From an uncultured Acidobacteriota bacterium (lineage in GTDB: Bacteria > Acidobacteriota > Thermoanaerobaculia > UBA5066), in the NCBI GenBank assembly GCA_963779415.1, contig CAVZYA010000001.1:1856001-1920000 (forward strand): DNA of 64,000 nt. Reading direction: 5' to 3'. Positions within the stretch are counted from its first letter, which is position 1. Each line of letters opens with the position of its first letter. Positions 30,981-42,341 of the stretch are shown here, piece by piece. A program made the position numbers and the translations under genes. Below the pieces are notes generated by a model that saw only the letters and a program-made list of their open reading frames with translations, had not been told where the DNA came from and ran no database searches.

Positions 30981-32014
30981 CCGCCGGCACCGAGCCGCTC
31001 CTCAGCGTCGTGACGCCCGTCTACAACGGCGAGCCCTACCTTCGCGAGTGCATCGAAAGCATCCTCGCCCAGACGTATCTCAACTGGGACTACACGATCG
31101 TCAACAATTGCAGTCAGGACCGTACGCGCGAGATCGCCGAAGAGTATGCAGCGCGCGATCCCCGGATACGGGTCCATAACAACCCGCACTTTGTCGGTCA
31201 AATCGCCAACTACAACATTGCCGTGCGCCGGATCTCACCCGACAGCAAGTACTGCAAGGTCGTTGCCGCCGACGACTGGCTCTTCCCCGAGTGCCTCTCA
31301 CGGATGGTGGAGGTTGCCGAGGAAAACCCCACGGTCGCCATCGTGGGCGCGTACGTCCTCAGCGAAACGACAGTCAGGCCGGAGGGACTCCCTTACCCAA
31401 GTACATGTGTCCCTGGTCGCGACATCTGTCGCCAACGCCTCCTGGGGGGCCCTTTCCGATTCGGCACTCCAACCGCCGTCCTCTACAGATCGGACGTTGT
31501 TCGGTCGGCCGATGCGTTCTTCAACGAGTTCAATCTCCACTCCGACATGGAGGTGTTTTTTCAGATCCTTCGAGATCACGATTTCGGCTTCGTTCATCAG
31601 GTACTGACCTTTAATCGGATTCGGGAGGGATCGGAAACCTCCAATTCCGAAAGGCTGAACACCGAGCTTCCCGGGATGCTGTATCACCTTCTCACGTACG
31701 GTCCGGTCTATCTGAGCCGGCAAGAGGCTGCCGAACGCGTTGCAATGCACTTGAAACGTTATTATGCGGTTCTGGCTGAAAGCGTCTTTCAGCGTCGCGA
31801 CCGCGAATTCTTGGCTTTTCACAAGGAGAAGTTTCGTGAGCTGGGGTGTCCCCTCAGCTATTCTCGCCTTGGTGGCGTCATGGTCCTGCGGCTCCTCGAC
31901 CTGCTTCTGAATCCCAAACGCGCCGTCGAGGCCCTGTGGCGTCACGGCGGGGGATATCTCAGAAAGAAGGGCGCTGAAACTGCGACCGGGATGCACGAAG
32001 GGGGGGCCCGGTGA
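30977..32014 (+). CDS. Glycosyltransferase family 2
   Basis: SVVTPVYNG, NNCSQD, AADDWL. Confidence 0.9.
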   Translation: MTAGTEPLLSVVTPVYNGEPYLRECIESILAQTYLNWDYTIVNNCSQDRTREIAEEYAARDPRIRVHNNPHFVGQIANYNIAVRRISPDSKYCKVVAADDWLFPECLSRMVEVAEENPTVAIVGAYVLSETTVRPEGLPYPSTCVPGRDICRQRLLGGPFRFGTPTAVLYRSDVVRSADAFFNEFNLHSDMEVFFQILRDHDFGFVHQVLTFNRIREGSETSNSERLNTELPGMLYHLLTYGPVYLSRQEAAERVAMHLKRYYAVLAESVFQRRDREFLAFHKEKFRELGCPLSYSRLGGVMVLRLLDLLLNPKRAVEALWRHGGGYLRKKGAETATGMHEGGAR

Positions 32015-33345
32015 CGGCCTGCGCCATCCGAGTGAACGGTCTCGGAAAGGAGTATCCGCTCCGGCATGGACGCACGCCCTACAAGACGGCGAGAGAGGCG
32101 ATCGTCAAGGCGCTCTCTGCCCCCTTTCGGCGTCTCCACAGCAGCTCGCCCGGCGGCGGCAACGCCCGGGCCGAGCGGTTCTGGGCTCTCAGGGACGTCT
32201 CCTTCGACGTGTCGCCCGGCGAAGTCGTCGGCATCATCGGGCGGAACGGCGCCGGGAAGAGCACCCTTCTCAAGGTGCTCTCTCGCATTACCGACCCGTC
32301 CGAGGGCTCCGCGGAAATTCACGGCCGGGTCGGCTCCCTGCTCGAGGTCGGGACCGGCTTCCACCCCGAACTCACCGGGCGCGAGAACATCTTCATGAAC
32401 GGCGCCATTCTCGGCATGAGGCGAGCGGAGATCATCAGGCGATTCGACGAGATCGTCGCTTTCGCCGAGACCGAGAAGTTCCTCGACACCGCAGTGAAGC
32501 ATTACTCGAGCGGTATGTACCTTCGGCTGGCTTTTGCAGTCGCCGCTCACCTCGAACCAGAGATCCTCATCGTGGACGAAGTCCTGGCCGTCGGCGATGC
32601 GGCCTTTCAACGGAAGTGCCTCGGAAAGATGGGCCAGGTCGCGAACGAGGGCCGCACGGTTCTCCTCGTCAGTCACAACATGCAGGCGATCACGACGCTC
32701 TGTCGGAACGCCATCCTTCTCGACGGCGGTCGCATCGCGCTGTTCGGATCTTCCGGTCAGGTCGTCTCCACCTATCTACAGCCCGACGCCGCCCAACTGA
32801 AGGAACAGCAAAAGACCTTCCAGGATCCGTCCCAGGCGCCGGGCAATGACAAGATTCGCGTTCGTGCCGTCCGCGTCGTTCCCGAGGGCGCGTCAGACAA
32901 CTCCGAAATCGGAATCGAGACGCCGGTGCGCGTCGAGATCGACTACTGGAGCCTGCAGGCCGGCGCCATCGTGCTTCTCGTTCTCGATCTCTACACGCTG
33001 GACGGGACCGTCGTGTTCCAGTCCCTCTCCGTTGACGATCCGAGTTGGCAGGGTCGACCCCTGCCGCCAGGCCTTTATCGCAGCGTCTGTCTAATCCCCG
33101 GGAATTTTCTGAACCAGGGCTCCTACCGGCTTCGCGTCGTCTTCATTGACGAGCCCGGCACGGCGATTGTCTTCGATTACCCGTCTGCCGCCCTTTTCAC
33201 CGTCCATGACGTCTCCGAACGGCGCATTTCATGGTACGGACGCTTCCTCGGGGTCGTGCGCCCGCGCTTGTGCTGGAGCACGGCCGCCTTGCCCTCCGAT
33301 GGGAAAACGCCTCCCGAAATACCGCCGCCGAAACCGGACAGATAA
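32011..33345 (+). CDS. wzt: Second ABC polysaccharide exporter ATP-binding subunit
   Basis: Walker A GRNGAGKST, YSSGM, DEVLAVGD; C-terminal domain differs from 4161-5417. Confidence 0.93.
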   Translation: MTACAIRVNGLGKEYPLRHGRTPYKTAREAIVKALSAPFRRLHSSSPGGGNARAERFWALRDVSFDVSPGEVVGIIGRNGAGKSTLLKVLSRITDPSEGSAEIHGRVGSLLEVGTGFHPELTGRENIFMNGAILGMRRAEIIRRFDEIVAFAETEKFLDTAVKHYSSGMYLRLAFAVAAHLEPEILIVDEVLAVGDAAFQRKCLGKMGQVANEGRTVLLVSHNMQAITTLCRNAILLDGGRIALFGSSGQVVSTYLQPDAAQLKEQQKTFQDPSQAPGNDKIRVRAVRVVPEGASDNSEIGIETPVRVEIDYWSLQAGAIVLLVLDLYTLDGTVVFQSLSVDDPSWQGRPLPPGLYRSVCLIPGNFLNQGSYRLRVVFIDEPGTAIVFDYPSAALFTVHDVSERRISWYGRFLGVVRPRLCWSTAALPSDGKTPPEIPPPKPDR

Positions 33346-33374
33346 ACACCCCCGGCGATCCGTCTCGGCCACGC

Positions 33375-34760
33375 CTAAAGATACCGCTCGGGCATTCCGA
33401 CGATAACGCACTGTTCGATCAGAGGCTCCATCTCTTCGGACCACGCTCCGGCCGCCAACGCCCGGGACACTCTCGCGTTGACAGACGCCCTCCTCGGCAT
33501 GTATTCGACGCATGCAGCGTTCTCGAACTCATACCACTCCGAAGGAAACCTCAACTCCAACGTCAGATTGCCGTCGCTGTCTCTGCTGACCTCTTCGTAC
33601 AGTGGATTCAGACGTAGTCGTCCCGTAGCGTGCGGCCACGTCCCGAACGTCGGGTAATTCATGAACACGCCCTCATTCTCGGACGCCACGAGAGAGAGCC
33701 ATTTACGGGTCTTGAGGTGCGCTATGTCTGATGGTTGTTTCAGCTGCGGGCCCATCTTCTTTACGTATCCCCTCAGCAGCTCTTCCTCGGAGACCACTCG
33801 CCCATGGAGGCCGTCGAAGAGCCTCGAATAGCCGTCCACGGTCAATTCGTAGCCCTCTCGAGGTTCGATTTCCCTGTTACCGAATCGTGACAGAATGATC
33901 ACGCCTCGCCGCTCCGTGACGCGCTTCATCTCCGAAGCGCATTGCCACCGTCCGAGAAAATAGTGGAAGGCATCCGAGCAGAAGACACCGCAAAACGTCT
34001 CGGAACGAAACGGAAGCCGTCTATCAGCCTCGGAACAGATGAAATCCGCGTCCGGCGCGACCAGAGCTTTCGCCACATAAACCTGGAAGAAATTGCGATC
34101 AATACCTATTACCGGCCGACCGGGACGCCTCGTAAGCCAATAATGCATATAATGGCCAAAGCCGCACGCCAGGTCCAGAATGGGCTTGGCCGAATCCGGA
34201 AAAAGGCTTGCCAGAGAGAGGCCCGCGAGGTGGCGGGGCTGAGCGAACATATAGGCGAAATGGTTGAAAAGCTCGCTGTGCAGTGAGTGTCCATAGTAAT
34301 AGTCGATGAGAGCGAGAGCCGTGGTCCTCCCCCTTGCACCGATCAGAAGCTCCCGGTCGCGGCGCTGCTGAGCCGACCACAGCCGATTGGCCAGACGCAT
34401 CATCGGTCTGCGCACACGTTCAGGCGCGCACGCCGCCACGGCCAGTAGTCGGCCCGCAAGATTTTCTGGAATGACCAGGAGAGATAACAGGGCCTTCTCG
34501 TTTTCGCCGGACCTGAGAAGCGCGACCAGGTCCCTGGTGTCCGGTCCGATCTGCCAGACGGAATCCTTCGTCTGCTGCATGAGGTTTACTCGACCTTCAG
34601 CTCTGAAGATCGGTATTCCTCCGACGACGGGATATTCGCTGCATTCACACGTCAGGATTCCGTATTCGATTTCGCTCTTTGGCGAAGCAGACGTCGCGCT
34701 CGCGACGAGAGGACCGCCGCAATTGGGACACAGGAGCTGTTCCAACAGGCTCGCCTTCAT
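33375..34760 (-). CDS. SAM-dependent methyltransferase with N-terminal Trm112-like Zn-ribbon
   Basis: LLCPNCGGPL...GILTCEC.EYPVVGGIPI N-terminus; ILDLACGFG motif I; LPFRSETF. Confidence 0.8.
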   Translation of the reverse strand: MKASLLEQLLCPNCGGPLVASATSASPKSEIEYGILTCECSEYPVVGGIPIFRAEGRVNLMQQTKDSVWQIGPDTRDLVALLRSGENEKALLSLLVIPENLAGRLLAVAACAPERVRRPMMRLANRLWSAQQRRDRELLIGARGRTTALALIDYYYGHSLHSELFNHFAYMFAQPRHLAGLSLASLFPDSAKPILDLACGFGHYMHYWLTRRPGRPVIGIDRNFFQVYVAKALVAPDADFICSEADRRLPFRSETFCGVFCSDAFHYFLGRWQCASEMKRVTERRGVIILSRFGNREIEPREGYELTVDGYSRLFDGLHGRVVSEEELLRGYVKKMGPQLKQPSDIAHLKTRKWLSLVASENEGVFMNYPTFGTWPHATGRLRLNPLYEEVSRDSDGNLTLELRFPSEWYEFENAACVEYMPRRASVNARVSRALAAGAWSEEMEPLIEQCVIVGMPERYL

Positions 34761-34984
34761 ACGCGCCTCGCGGCATGTTATTACATTCGCTTTCAGCGGT
34801 GAACGAGTCGAGATCCTGTCGCTGCGTCAATGAAGAGGGCCGGGCTCGACATGAAACCGAACCCGCGGATGCACGGGCTTTCTTCAAGGCGCTCTTCGTC
34901 CGGGGTCTCGAGGAGCACGTCTCGCCCGGCAGAGGCGTAGACTTCCGACGCGATGAGTCCGGCTTCGGCGATCGGGAGGAAACG

Positions 34985-36556
34985 ATGCGCGCACCAATCG
35001 ACGAAAAGCTTGACGGAAGGCATCGCTTTAGCGCGGTTCTGGGGCTATTTGTCCCGGCTCTTTTCGCATACGGCTTCCTCTTCACACTCGTAACGGCAGT
35101 CGATTCCGGCCAACTCGTCCCTTTTCAGCAACAGCGACGTCGAGCGGCTGTTCCAACCAAAGTTCCTACGGTCTTACACGCAGCCGGCTTCGTTACTTAC
35201 CCTCTCGTGGCTTCCGGGGATCATCGCTATCTTCAGGATCAGAGCGGGCAGCCGTTTCCCATTCTGGGGCGAGTCGCGTGGGACATACCCTCGCTGAGTC
35301 TCTCGGACTATCAGCTTTTCGTCGACGATACGGTGGCGAAGGGCTTTAACGCCATCCTGCTCAACTTTCTGGACCGGGATGGATATAACGCTCCGTTCGA
35401 CGGAAACAACCAGCTTCCGTTCATCAAGAAACTCGACGGCACGGTATGGGACGGCTCGATGGCGGCGGGCGTGAATCCCGATTACACGACGCCCAACGAG
35501 ACCTACTGGCAGCACATCGACGGGATGCTCGATTACGCGTCTCAGAAGGGATTGCTTTGTCTTGTATTCCCGAGTTACGTCGGCCAGAACGGCAATCTCA
35601 CCGCCGGCTGGATGCAGCCGATGACCTCCAACGGGCCTACAAGGATGAGCGCCTACGGAGCCTTTCTCGCCAACAGGTACAAGACCTACGGAAATCTCGT
35701 CTGGATGCTGGGGGGGGATTACGGCTCGCCACCGGCCTCGTTCTCCGCGCCGGAGCTGGCCGTCGAGCAGGCTCTGCTTTCGGGTTTGAAGAGCGTCGCC
35801 GGCCAGCAGAGCGTCAACTTTTCCGCCGATTGGGCTGGCGATTCGATCTATACGTCGCAGACCGATGCCACGCTGAAGGCGGCCGGAACGCTTCAGGGGG
35901 CTTACACATGGAACTCCGTTTCGGAGTGGTGCCGGAGCGGCTACGCGGCGACCCCGGCGATGCCCGCGTATCTCGTCGAAGGACCTTATGACGAGGAAGG
36001 GCCGGATGGAACGGACGACAATCCAGGCGCCACCCAGCCCGTGCGCCGCTTCCAGTGGTGGAGCGTTCTTTCCAGCATAGGCGGCTACGTCACGGGCAAC
36101 GGCTACGTCTGGAAGTTCATGCCCGGCATCTGGAACAATCACCTGAACACTCAGGGCGCGCAGGACATGGCGCGACTCAATGCGTTCGTTCGATCCATCG
36201 CCTGGTACCACCTGGTCCCGTCCGGTCTGAATGGCATGAAGACGATCATCACGGCGGGCGGCTCGAGCGTGACGGCGTCGGACTACGTGGCCGCGGCGGC
36301 CGACCCGGCCGGAACGCTTCTCGTCGCCTACGTCCCGCCCGACCACACGGGGACGATCACCGTGGACATGACCGTCATGGGCGGAGCGGCGCGAGCACGC
36401 TGGTTCAACCCGGCGACGGCAGCCTATACGCTGATCAGTTCGAGTCTCGCCAATACCGGCACCTACACCTTCACACCGCCCGGCGACAATGGCTCGTGGT
36501 ATACCGACTGGGTCCTCGTTCTGGATCCGGCGACTTCGACACATGCATTGAGGTAG
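34985..36556 (+). CDS. DUF4038 (GH140 apiosidase-like) protein with C-terminal collagen-binding-like domain, N-terminal TM, no SLH
   Basis: RBS GGAGGA; [43 protein letters not shown]. Confidence 0.8.
   Translation: MRAPIDEKLDGRHRFSAVLGLFVPALFAYGFLFTLVTAVDSGQLVPFQQQRRRAAVPTKVPTVLHAAGFVTYPLVASGDHRYLQDQSGQPFPILGRVAWDIPSLSLSDYQLFVDDTVAKGFNAILLNFLDRDGYNAPFDGNNQLPFIKKLDGTVWDGSMAAGVNPDYTTPNETYWQHIDGMLDYASQKGLLCLVFPSYVGQNGNLTAGWMQPMTSNGPTRMSAYGAFLANRYKTYGNLVWMLGGDYGSPPASFSAPELAVEQALLSGLKSVAGQQSVNFSADWAGDSIYTSQTDATLKAAGTLQGAYTWNSVSEWCRSGYAATPAMPAYLVEGPYDEEGPDGTDDNPGATQPVRRFQWWSVLSSIGGYVTGNGYVWKFMPGIWNNHLNTQGAQDMARLNAFVRSIAWYHLVPSGLNGMKTIITAGGSSVTASDYVAAAADPAGTLLVAYVPPDHTGTITVDMTVMGGAARARWFNPATAAYTLISSSLANTGTYTFTPPGDNGSWYTDWVLVLDPATSTHALR
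35197..36532. repeat. ~1.34 kb near-identical inverted repeat, copy A (partner 50494-51829)
   Basis: Direct comparison: same protein from YPLVASGDH to VLDPA with only a few substitutions, mostly at the 3' end. Confidence 0.95.
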
Positions 36557-36589
36557 ACGTGCCGCTGCCGGTACCCGGCATGGGTCCGA

Positions 36590-36860
36590 GCAGCCGCCAG
36601 CTTCCCCAGGCGCCGCCGAAGCAGCCGAACTTCTTCTTCTACCGGAAGTAAGTCGGTTCGGCCACCCCCATCTTCCGCCAGATCTCCTCCACCCGCGTTC
36701 CCGCCTTCCCCCGCCGCTGGGCCACCGCGATCTGCTCCTCCGAGTACCGGCGCTTCCTCATCGATCCGTCCTCCCGGACCCTTCCCGAGCCTCAGAACGT
36801 ACCGAACGCCACGCCATTTACGAGAGCCGCCCCGGACCAGGAATCGGGGAGAAGACCCGG
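36590..36860 (-). mobile_element. Degenerate IS3-family (IS407-group) orfA remnant plus left end
   Basis: MRKRRYSEEQIAVAQRRGKAGTRVEEIWRKMGVAEPTYFR*KKKFG with an internal stop. Confidence 0.75.
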
Positions 36861-36944
36861 CAGATGATCTTCCTGCCGCAGTCAAGAGCGGGTGCGGCTG
36901 CGACTCAGGCTTGATATCCTTCTTCCGAGCCAAAGGAGCAAGTG

Positions 36945-39788
36945 ATGCGTACACTCTGGGGCCGGATCTTCCCGCTGTTGTTCCTCACCGCTGGCACCGC
37001 CGCTGGCAGCGTTACTCTCGTCGGTTCCCCGAGCCACGGTCACGCCACGGCCACCTCGCTCACGATCTCACACACGAACTCGGGCGACTACCTCGTTGTC
37101 GCGGTCTTCAACCACAGCTACCCGGAGGCGACCGCCGTCACTTACAACGGCGTGTCGCATGACACGGCTGAATGTCGCCGGCCCCATCGGGCAGACCGAG
37201 ATGGTCATTCTATTCGGGCTCGCCGCGCCCGCCTCCGGTACTCACGATATCGTGGTTACGGACGGCGGGAACTCTCGGTATTTCTATGTGGTCGCGCAGT
37301 CCGTTCGAGCGGCGTGCATCAGACACGCCCGTTCCGTCCGGGTGGCGGTGACTATCGAGCCTTTCTCACGGCACCGTTCACCTATACCGTGCCGTCCGAA
37401 ACCGGGTGGATGGTGCTCGACGCGCTGTGGACCGACGCGAACCACGGTGGCAGCATCGCTCCGAGCGGTGACAATACCCTCGTTGTATTTCGAGCACAAC
37501 GGCTTCGGCATGGGCATGTCCTTCGCCCCCGGAGCTGCGACCGTCACGATGGGGTGGACGTGGCCCGATACCCCTCTCGTTTGTCCATTCCATCGTTCAG
37601 TTGCGCCCGGCCACGGACGACGCGCCGGACGTAACGCTGGACAACGCGGGCGCGCCTGCCTACGCTGCCAGTACCACGACGGCGGACGCCACCGTTACGG
37701 TCGGCGCCGGGACGAATCGCGCTCTGACCGCCGCGCTCGTCTTCGACAACAAGTCAGTCTCCGGCGTCTCCGTCGTCTACGATCCGGCGGGCGCGAACCA
37801 GTCGCTCTCTCTCATCAAGAGCGAGGTCACGTCGGGCAGCTGGGGACGCGCGGAGCTGTGGGGCCTCCTTGCTCCGGCCACCGGCACGAGCAAGACCCTG
37901 CGTGTCAGCTGGACCGGCTCGTCGGACATCGAGGTTGCCGGGGCGTCGTGGACGAACGTGGACAGACGGCGGACGCAGCTTCGCCCACGCGCATCAAACA
38001 CAGGCACTACCGACGACCTACAACCCTCCAGATCACGAGCGGAGTCCACAACGTCACGTCGACTGCGCCGTCGCCATCGGCGGGTATCACCGACACGAAC
38101 TGGGCAGCGCAGATGATGCTGTTCGGTCCCTCATATCTATCAACATCGGGACCGGCGCCATCTCCAATTACCAGCCCGGTTCTACGACCGGCTATCATTG
38201 GCTGAACGGCCAGCTGGGCGCGAGCATCTGGGCGATCGTGGGCTGCGACATCGTGGTGGCGGGCTGCACGCCGCCCGCCACGCCGACCATCACCCCCGGC
38301 GGCCCGACGACGTTCTGCGCGGGCGGGAGCGTCACGCTCACGTCGTCGAGCGCGACGGGCAACCAGTGGTACCTCAACGGCAACCCGATCGGCGGCGCCA
38401 CCTCCCCGCAGTACAACGCCACCGCCTCGGGCGACTACACCGTCACCGTCACGGCCGGCGGCTGCACCAGCGCCCCTTCCGCCGCGACCACGGTCGTCGT
38501 CAACCCGGTGCCGGCCATCCCTGTCATCACGGCGCCGGCCCGGCGTTCGCGGGGGCAACGGGACTCATCGCGAGCGTCCCGCTCCATGCCGGGAGCAGCT
38601 ACAGCTGGGGCATCACGAACGGCACGATCACCGCCGGCGCCACGACGAACCAGATCACCTTCACGGCGGGAGCTTCGGGCACGATCGTCCCTCCGCCGTG
38701 ACCGAGACGAACGCCGCAGGCTGCGCCTCGCCGACCGGCCAACGCATACGTCCCGATCGTCATCGTCCAGCCCGCCGGCCTCGTCGAGGACGCCCACGCG
38801 ACACGGCGGGAACGAGTCTCGAACGTCAACGGCGTCCTCGAGCCGGGCGAGACGGTCCTCGTCAACGCCTCCTGGAAGAACACTGGGCGCCTCGCCGCTG
38901 GCCCTCACCGGAACGGCTTCCGCTTTCACCGGACCGGCCGGCGCCACTTACTCCCTCCTCGACTCCGTCGCCGACTACGGGACCATCGCCCCCGGAGCCA
39001 CGGCCGACAGCTGGTCGGTCGGGGTGGCCTCCTACCGCCTCTCCGTCTCCAATCCGGCGACCCGCCCCGCCGCCCACTGGGACGCCACCTTCCTCGAGAC
39101 GCTCAGCTCCCTCGAGCAGAAGACCTGGACCCTTCACATCGGACAGAGCTTCACGGACGTACCCGTCTCCGACGGCGCCTACCGCTTCGTCGAGACCCTT
39201 CTCCACAACCTGATCACCGCCGGCTGCGGCGGCGGCAACTACTGCCCCGCCAGCGACGTCACCCGCTGGCAGATGGCCGTCTTCCTCGCCACCGCCATGG
39301 TCGGCCCCACCGGCACCGTGCCGACGAGCGGGATCGTCCCGGGCGTGGGCACGTACAACTGCACCTCCGGCGGCAACTCCCTCTTCGCCGACATCCCGCC
39401 GACCGACGGGGGCTGCAAGTTCATCCACTACACCTATGCGGCAGGAATCACCGCCGGATGCGGCGGCGGGAACTACTGCCCGGCCTCGAACATCAGCCGC
39501 TGGCAGATGGCGGTCTTTCTCGCCACGGCCATGGTCGGCCCGACCGGCACCGTGCCGACGAGCGGGACCGTCCCGGGCGTGGGCACCTACAACTGCACTT
39601 CGGGCGGCAACTCCCTCTTCAGCGACGTCCCGCCGACGGACCCGGGCTGCAGGTTCATCCACTACATCTATGCGGGAGGGGTCACCGCCGGCTGTGGCGG
39701 CGGCAAGTACTGCCCCGCGAGCAACGTCACCCGCTGGCAGATGGCGCCCTTCCTCGTCACCGCTTTCCAGATCCCTCTTCTCTACTGA
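36945..39788 (+). CDS. Secreted modular surface protein (beta-sandwich modules, Ig-like, Cys-rich SLH x3); multiple frameshifts
   Basis: Signal peptide [17 protein letters not shown]; pieces in changing frames; Ig-like NQWYLNG...SGDYTVTVT; three F.DVP...[16 protein letters not shown] repeats. Confidence 0.75.
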
Positions 39789-39975
39789 CTCGCTGCAGAG
39801 GCCGCTCTGTCGCTCTTCTCGGCCTCTGGAGAAGCTCGCGACCGCGCCGTCTCCGGTCCTCGTTCCTGAAACTCCTGGCGGTACTTCCCGTTCGGCCCCC
39901 AAGAGTCTCAATCCTCTACGACACCTCTCGCTCGGCCGGACAGAAACTTTGAAGTCAGGGTCGTACTCCCGACTC

Positions 39976-42154
39976 TCATTGCGTCGTTGGTGACGGGCGC
40001 GGAGTCTCCGGGAGGTTCCCCGGCATCAAAGGGCCTCGCCACGGTTCATGCTCCTGCGCCCTCACGATGAAGGCGTTGAAGGGCCGACCCGTTGGCCCGC
40101 GCGCCGTGTAGCCGATCCCGGCGGCGGCCGTCAGGCCGTCCATCGGAAGGGAGACGGTCCCGCCGGCGTACGTGCCCGAGTAGACCGGCTCCGCGTAATA
40201 GTCCTGCGCGTTCATGATGTTGATGGCGGTGCCGACGGCGACGGCGGACGACAGATCGACGTCGACGCTTGTCAGGTTCTCCCAGTTGTAGACGTAGATG
40301 TTGGCGCGGTTCGCCTCGTAGGCGTTGGGCCGGACGACCACGAGGTTCGTGGTCGGCTTCGCGGGCGGGGTGTAGTAGGTATTGGTCGGGAAGTCGGCCT
40401 GCGTGAAGTTCCTCCAGGGTGCCGATGATCGTGTTCCCGTCGATCGTCATCGCATCCCATTTCGAGGAAGGGCTCGGCACCTTCGTCGCATGGTGAATGA
40501 CGTTGTCCGTCACCGCGAAGTTCGTCATGTCGGCCATGTCGTAGCCGATGTTCACGCCGTTGTCCCAGAGGTAGTTCTCCGTGAAGACGCTGTCGGTCAG
40601 GAGGAAGCCCGCGAGGCCGCCGAGCATGACGTCACTGTAGACATACAGGTTCCCCTCGAACCTCGTATTCATGCAGGAGGCGCCGCTGGAGCCGTAAGCC
40701 TGCATTCCGTAGGCGACCTGGTCGAGGAAGATGTTGTCCTTGACGAGCTTGCCGGTTCCGGCGGTCTTCTGCTGGATGTACATCCCGTGGCCGTGGCCGT
40801 AGAGGTTCGGCGTCCAGTTCCACGCCATGTTTACGCTCGGAGCCCCTGCGGCGTAGGACATCCTGACGACGGGATTGTTGCCGGTAACGGCGCCACCGAG
40901 TCCCGTGTTGTCCCCGGAGGCGTGGTAGTCCTGAAGGGAGCAGTAGGAGTTGTAGATCGCGACGCCGTCCACGACCATGTGGTTTGCCGCCGATGTCGTC
41001 GTCGCGCCGAAGGGCGGAAGATGCACAGTTGTCGTTCACCACTTACCGCCTGTGCTCGGGGCCATCGTCTGGTTGACGTTCAGAACGACTGCGCCCCCGC
41101 AATGATGGGTCCGCCACCAGCGCCCCGCGAGTCGGTCACGACGACGTCATGCGTTCCAGTATGGCCCGCGATCCGAACACGGCAACGGGCCTTGAGTAGC
41201 CGTCCTTTCCGTTGAGGAGCGTCATCGCAACGCCGTCGTAGGTCGCGGACAGGTCCGTGTAGGGATTCACGTTCGACCGGAGCGACGACGACCGTGTAAT
41301 CGCCCGTGTTGTTGTGCGAGATCGTGATCGGTGAATAGCGCCCGCCCTGCCGCCGCTGAATGTTCCCGCGAGGGCGACCGGCGTGGCGCCCGCCGGGATC
41401 AGGTCGATGGCCGCCGCTGCTTCCGGCTCCCCGACGGGCGCATAATCACCGTTGTAGTAGACGAGGTTCCCGTAGAACTCGAGTCGTGCAGCCGCAGTTG
41501 CTGCGGGAAGGCACCCTCGCCGCCGTCGTGCAGGATGCAGTTGATGACCTTGCTGTGCGGCGCCGTGATCCAGACGCAGTCGCCGCGTTCGGCATTGAGC
41601 TTGAAATCGTTGGCGGGAACGATGCGGTCCGGGTTACTGTTCGTGATCTCCACGTCGCGCAAGATCAGGTATTCCCGTGGACGGTGATGTTGTTGTATCG
41701 CAGCCAGACGGTCGGTTGGCCGTTCCCGGCCTTGGCGGGGTCATAGTTCCCGTCGATGACGGCCCGTTCGCCGGGGTAGCCCGAAAGGTGATGTAGTGTC
41801 CCGCCGCGCCGTCGAGACTACAGAGAGAACTGCCCCGTGTACGTCCCGCCCCGGAGCCAGACGGTATCGCCCGGCTGAACCGTGTTGGCCGGGTAGCCGC
41901 CCAGGAGGGCCTGCGTCAATGTCCACGGATCGCCCACGGTCCCCTTTCCCGTGGCCGAACCCGTTGTCGAGGCGAAATATCCAGCGGGCGCGCCCGGGCC
42001 GTAGTGGCGGGTCGCCGTCCGGCCAGTCCCGGCACGCAGCCCCGCGCCGGCCGAAGCGAGAGGTGGGCCGCGCCGCTTCAGGGACGGCCGTGGCGTGGCA
42101 TCCGAGAATGAAAGAGACGAAGGTGAGGGCGAGACGAAGCAGAGCGGGTTTCAT
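39976..42154 (-). pseudogene. Divergent parallel beta-helix surface protein, heavily frameshifted
   Basis: Fragments [64 protein letters not shown] homologous to 44440-45813. Confidence 0.7.
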
Positions 42155-42341
42155 TTGTAGTACCTGACGATACCGCGATTACGGGCGAGCGGAGCGAGGG
42201 ATCTTGACCCGATTTCGATGACACATCGACCTACTTCTCCCGGTATCTTCCGGCCCACATCAAGTCGGGCGTCGCTCGGCTCCCCCTTCGGTCCCTCCAC
42301 GGCCGTTGATGCCGCAGCTCGCGCCCTCACGCTGCGATTAC

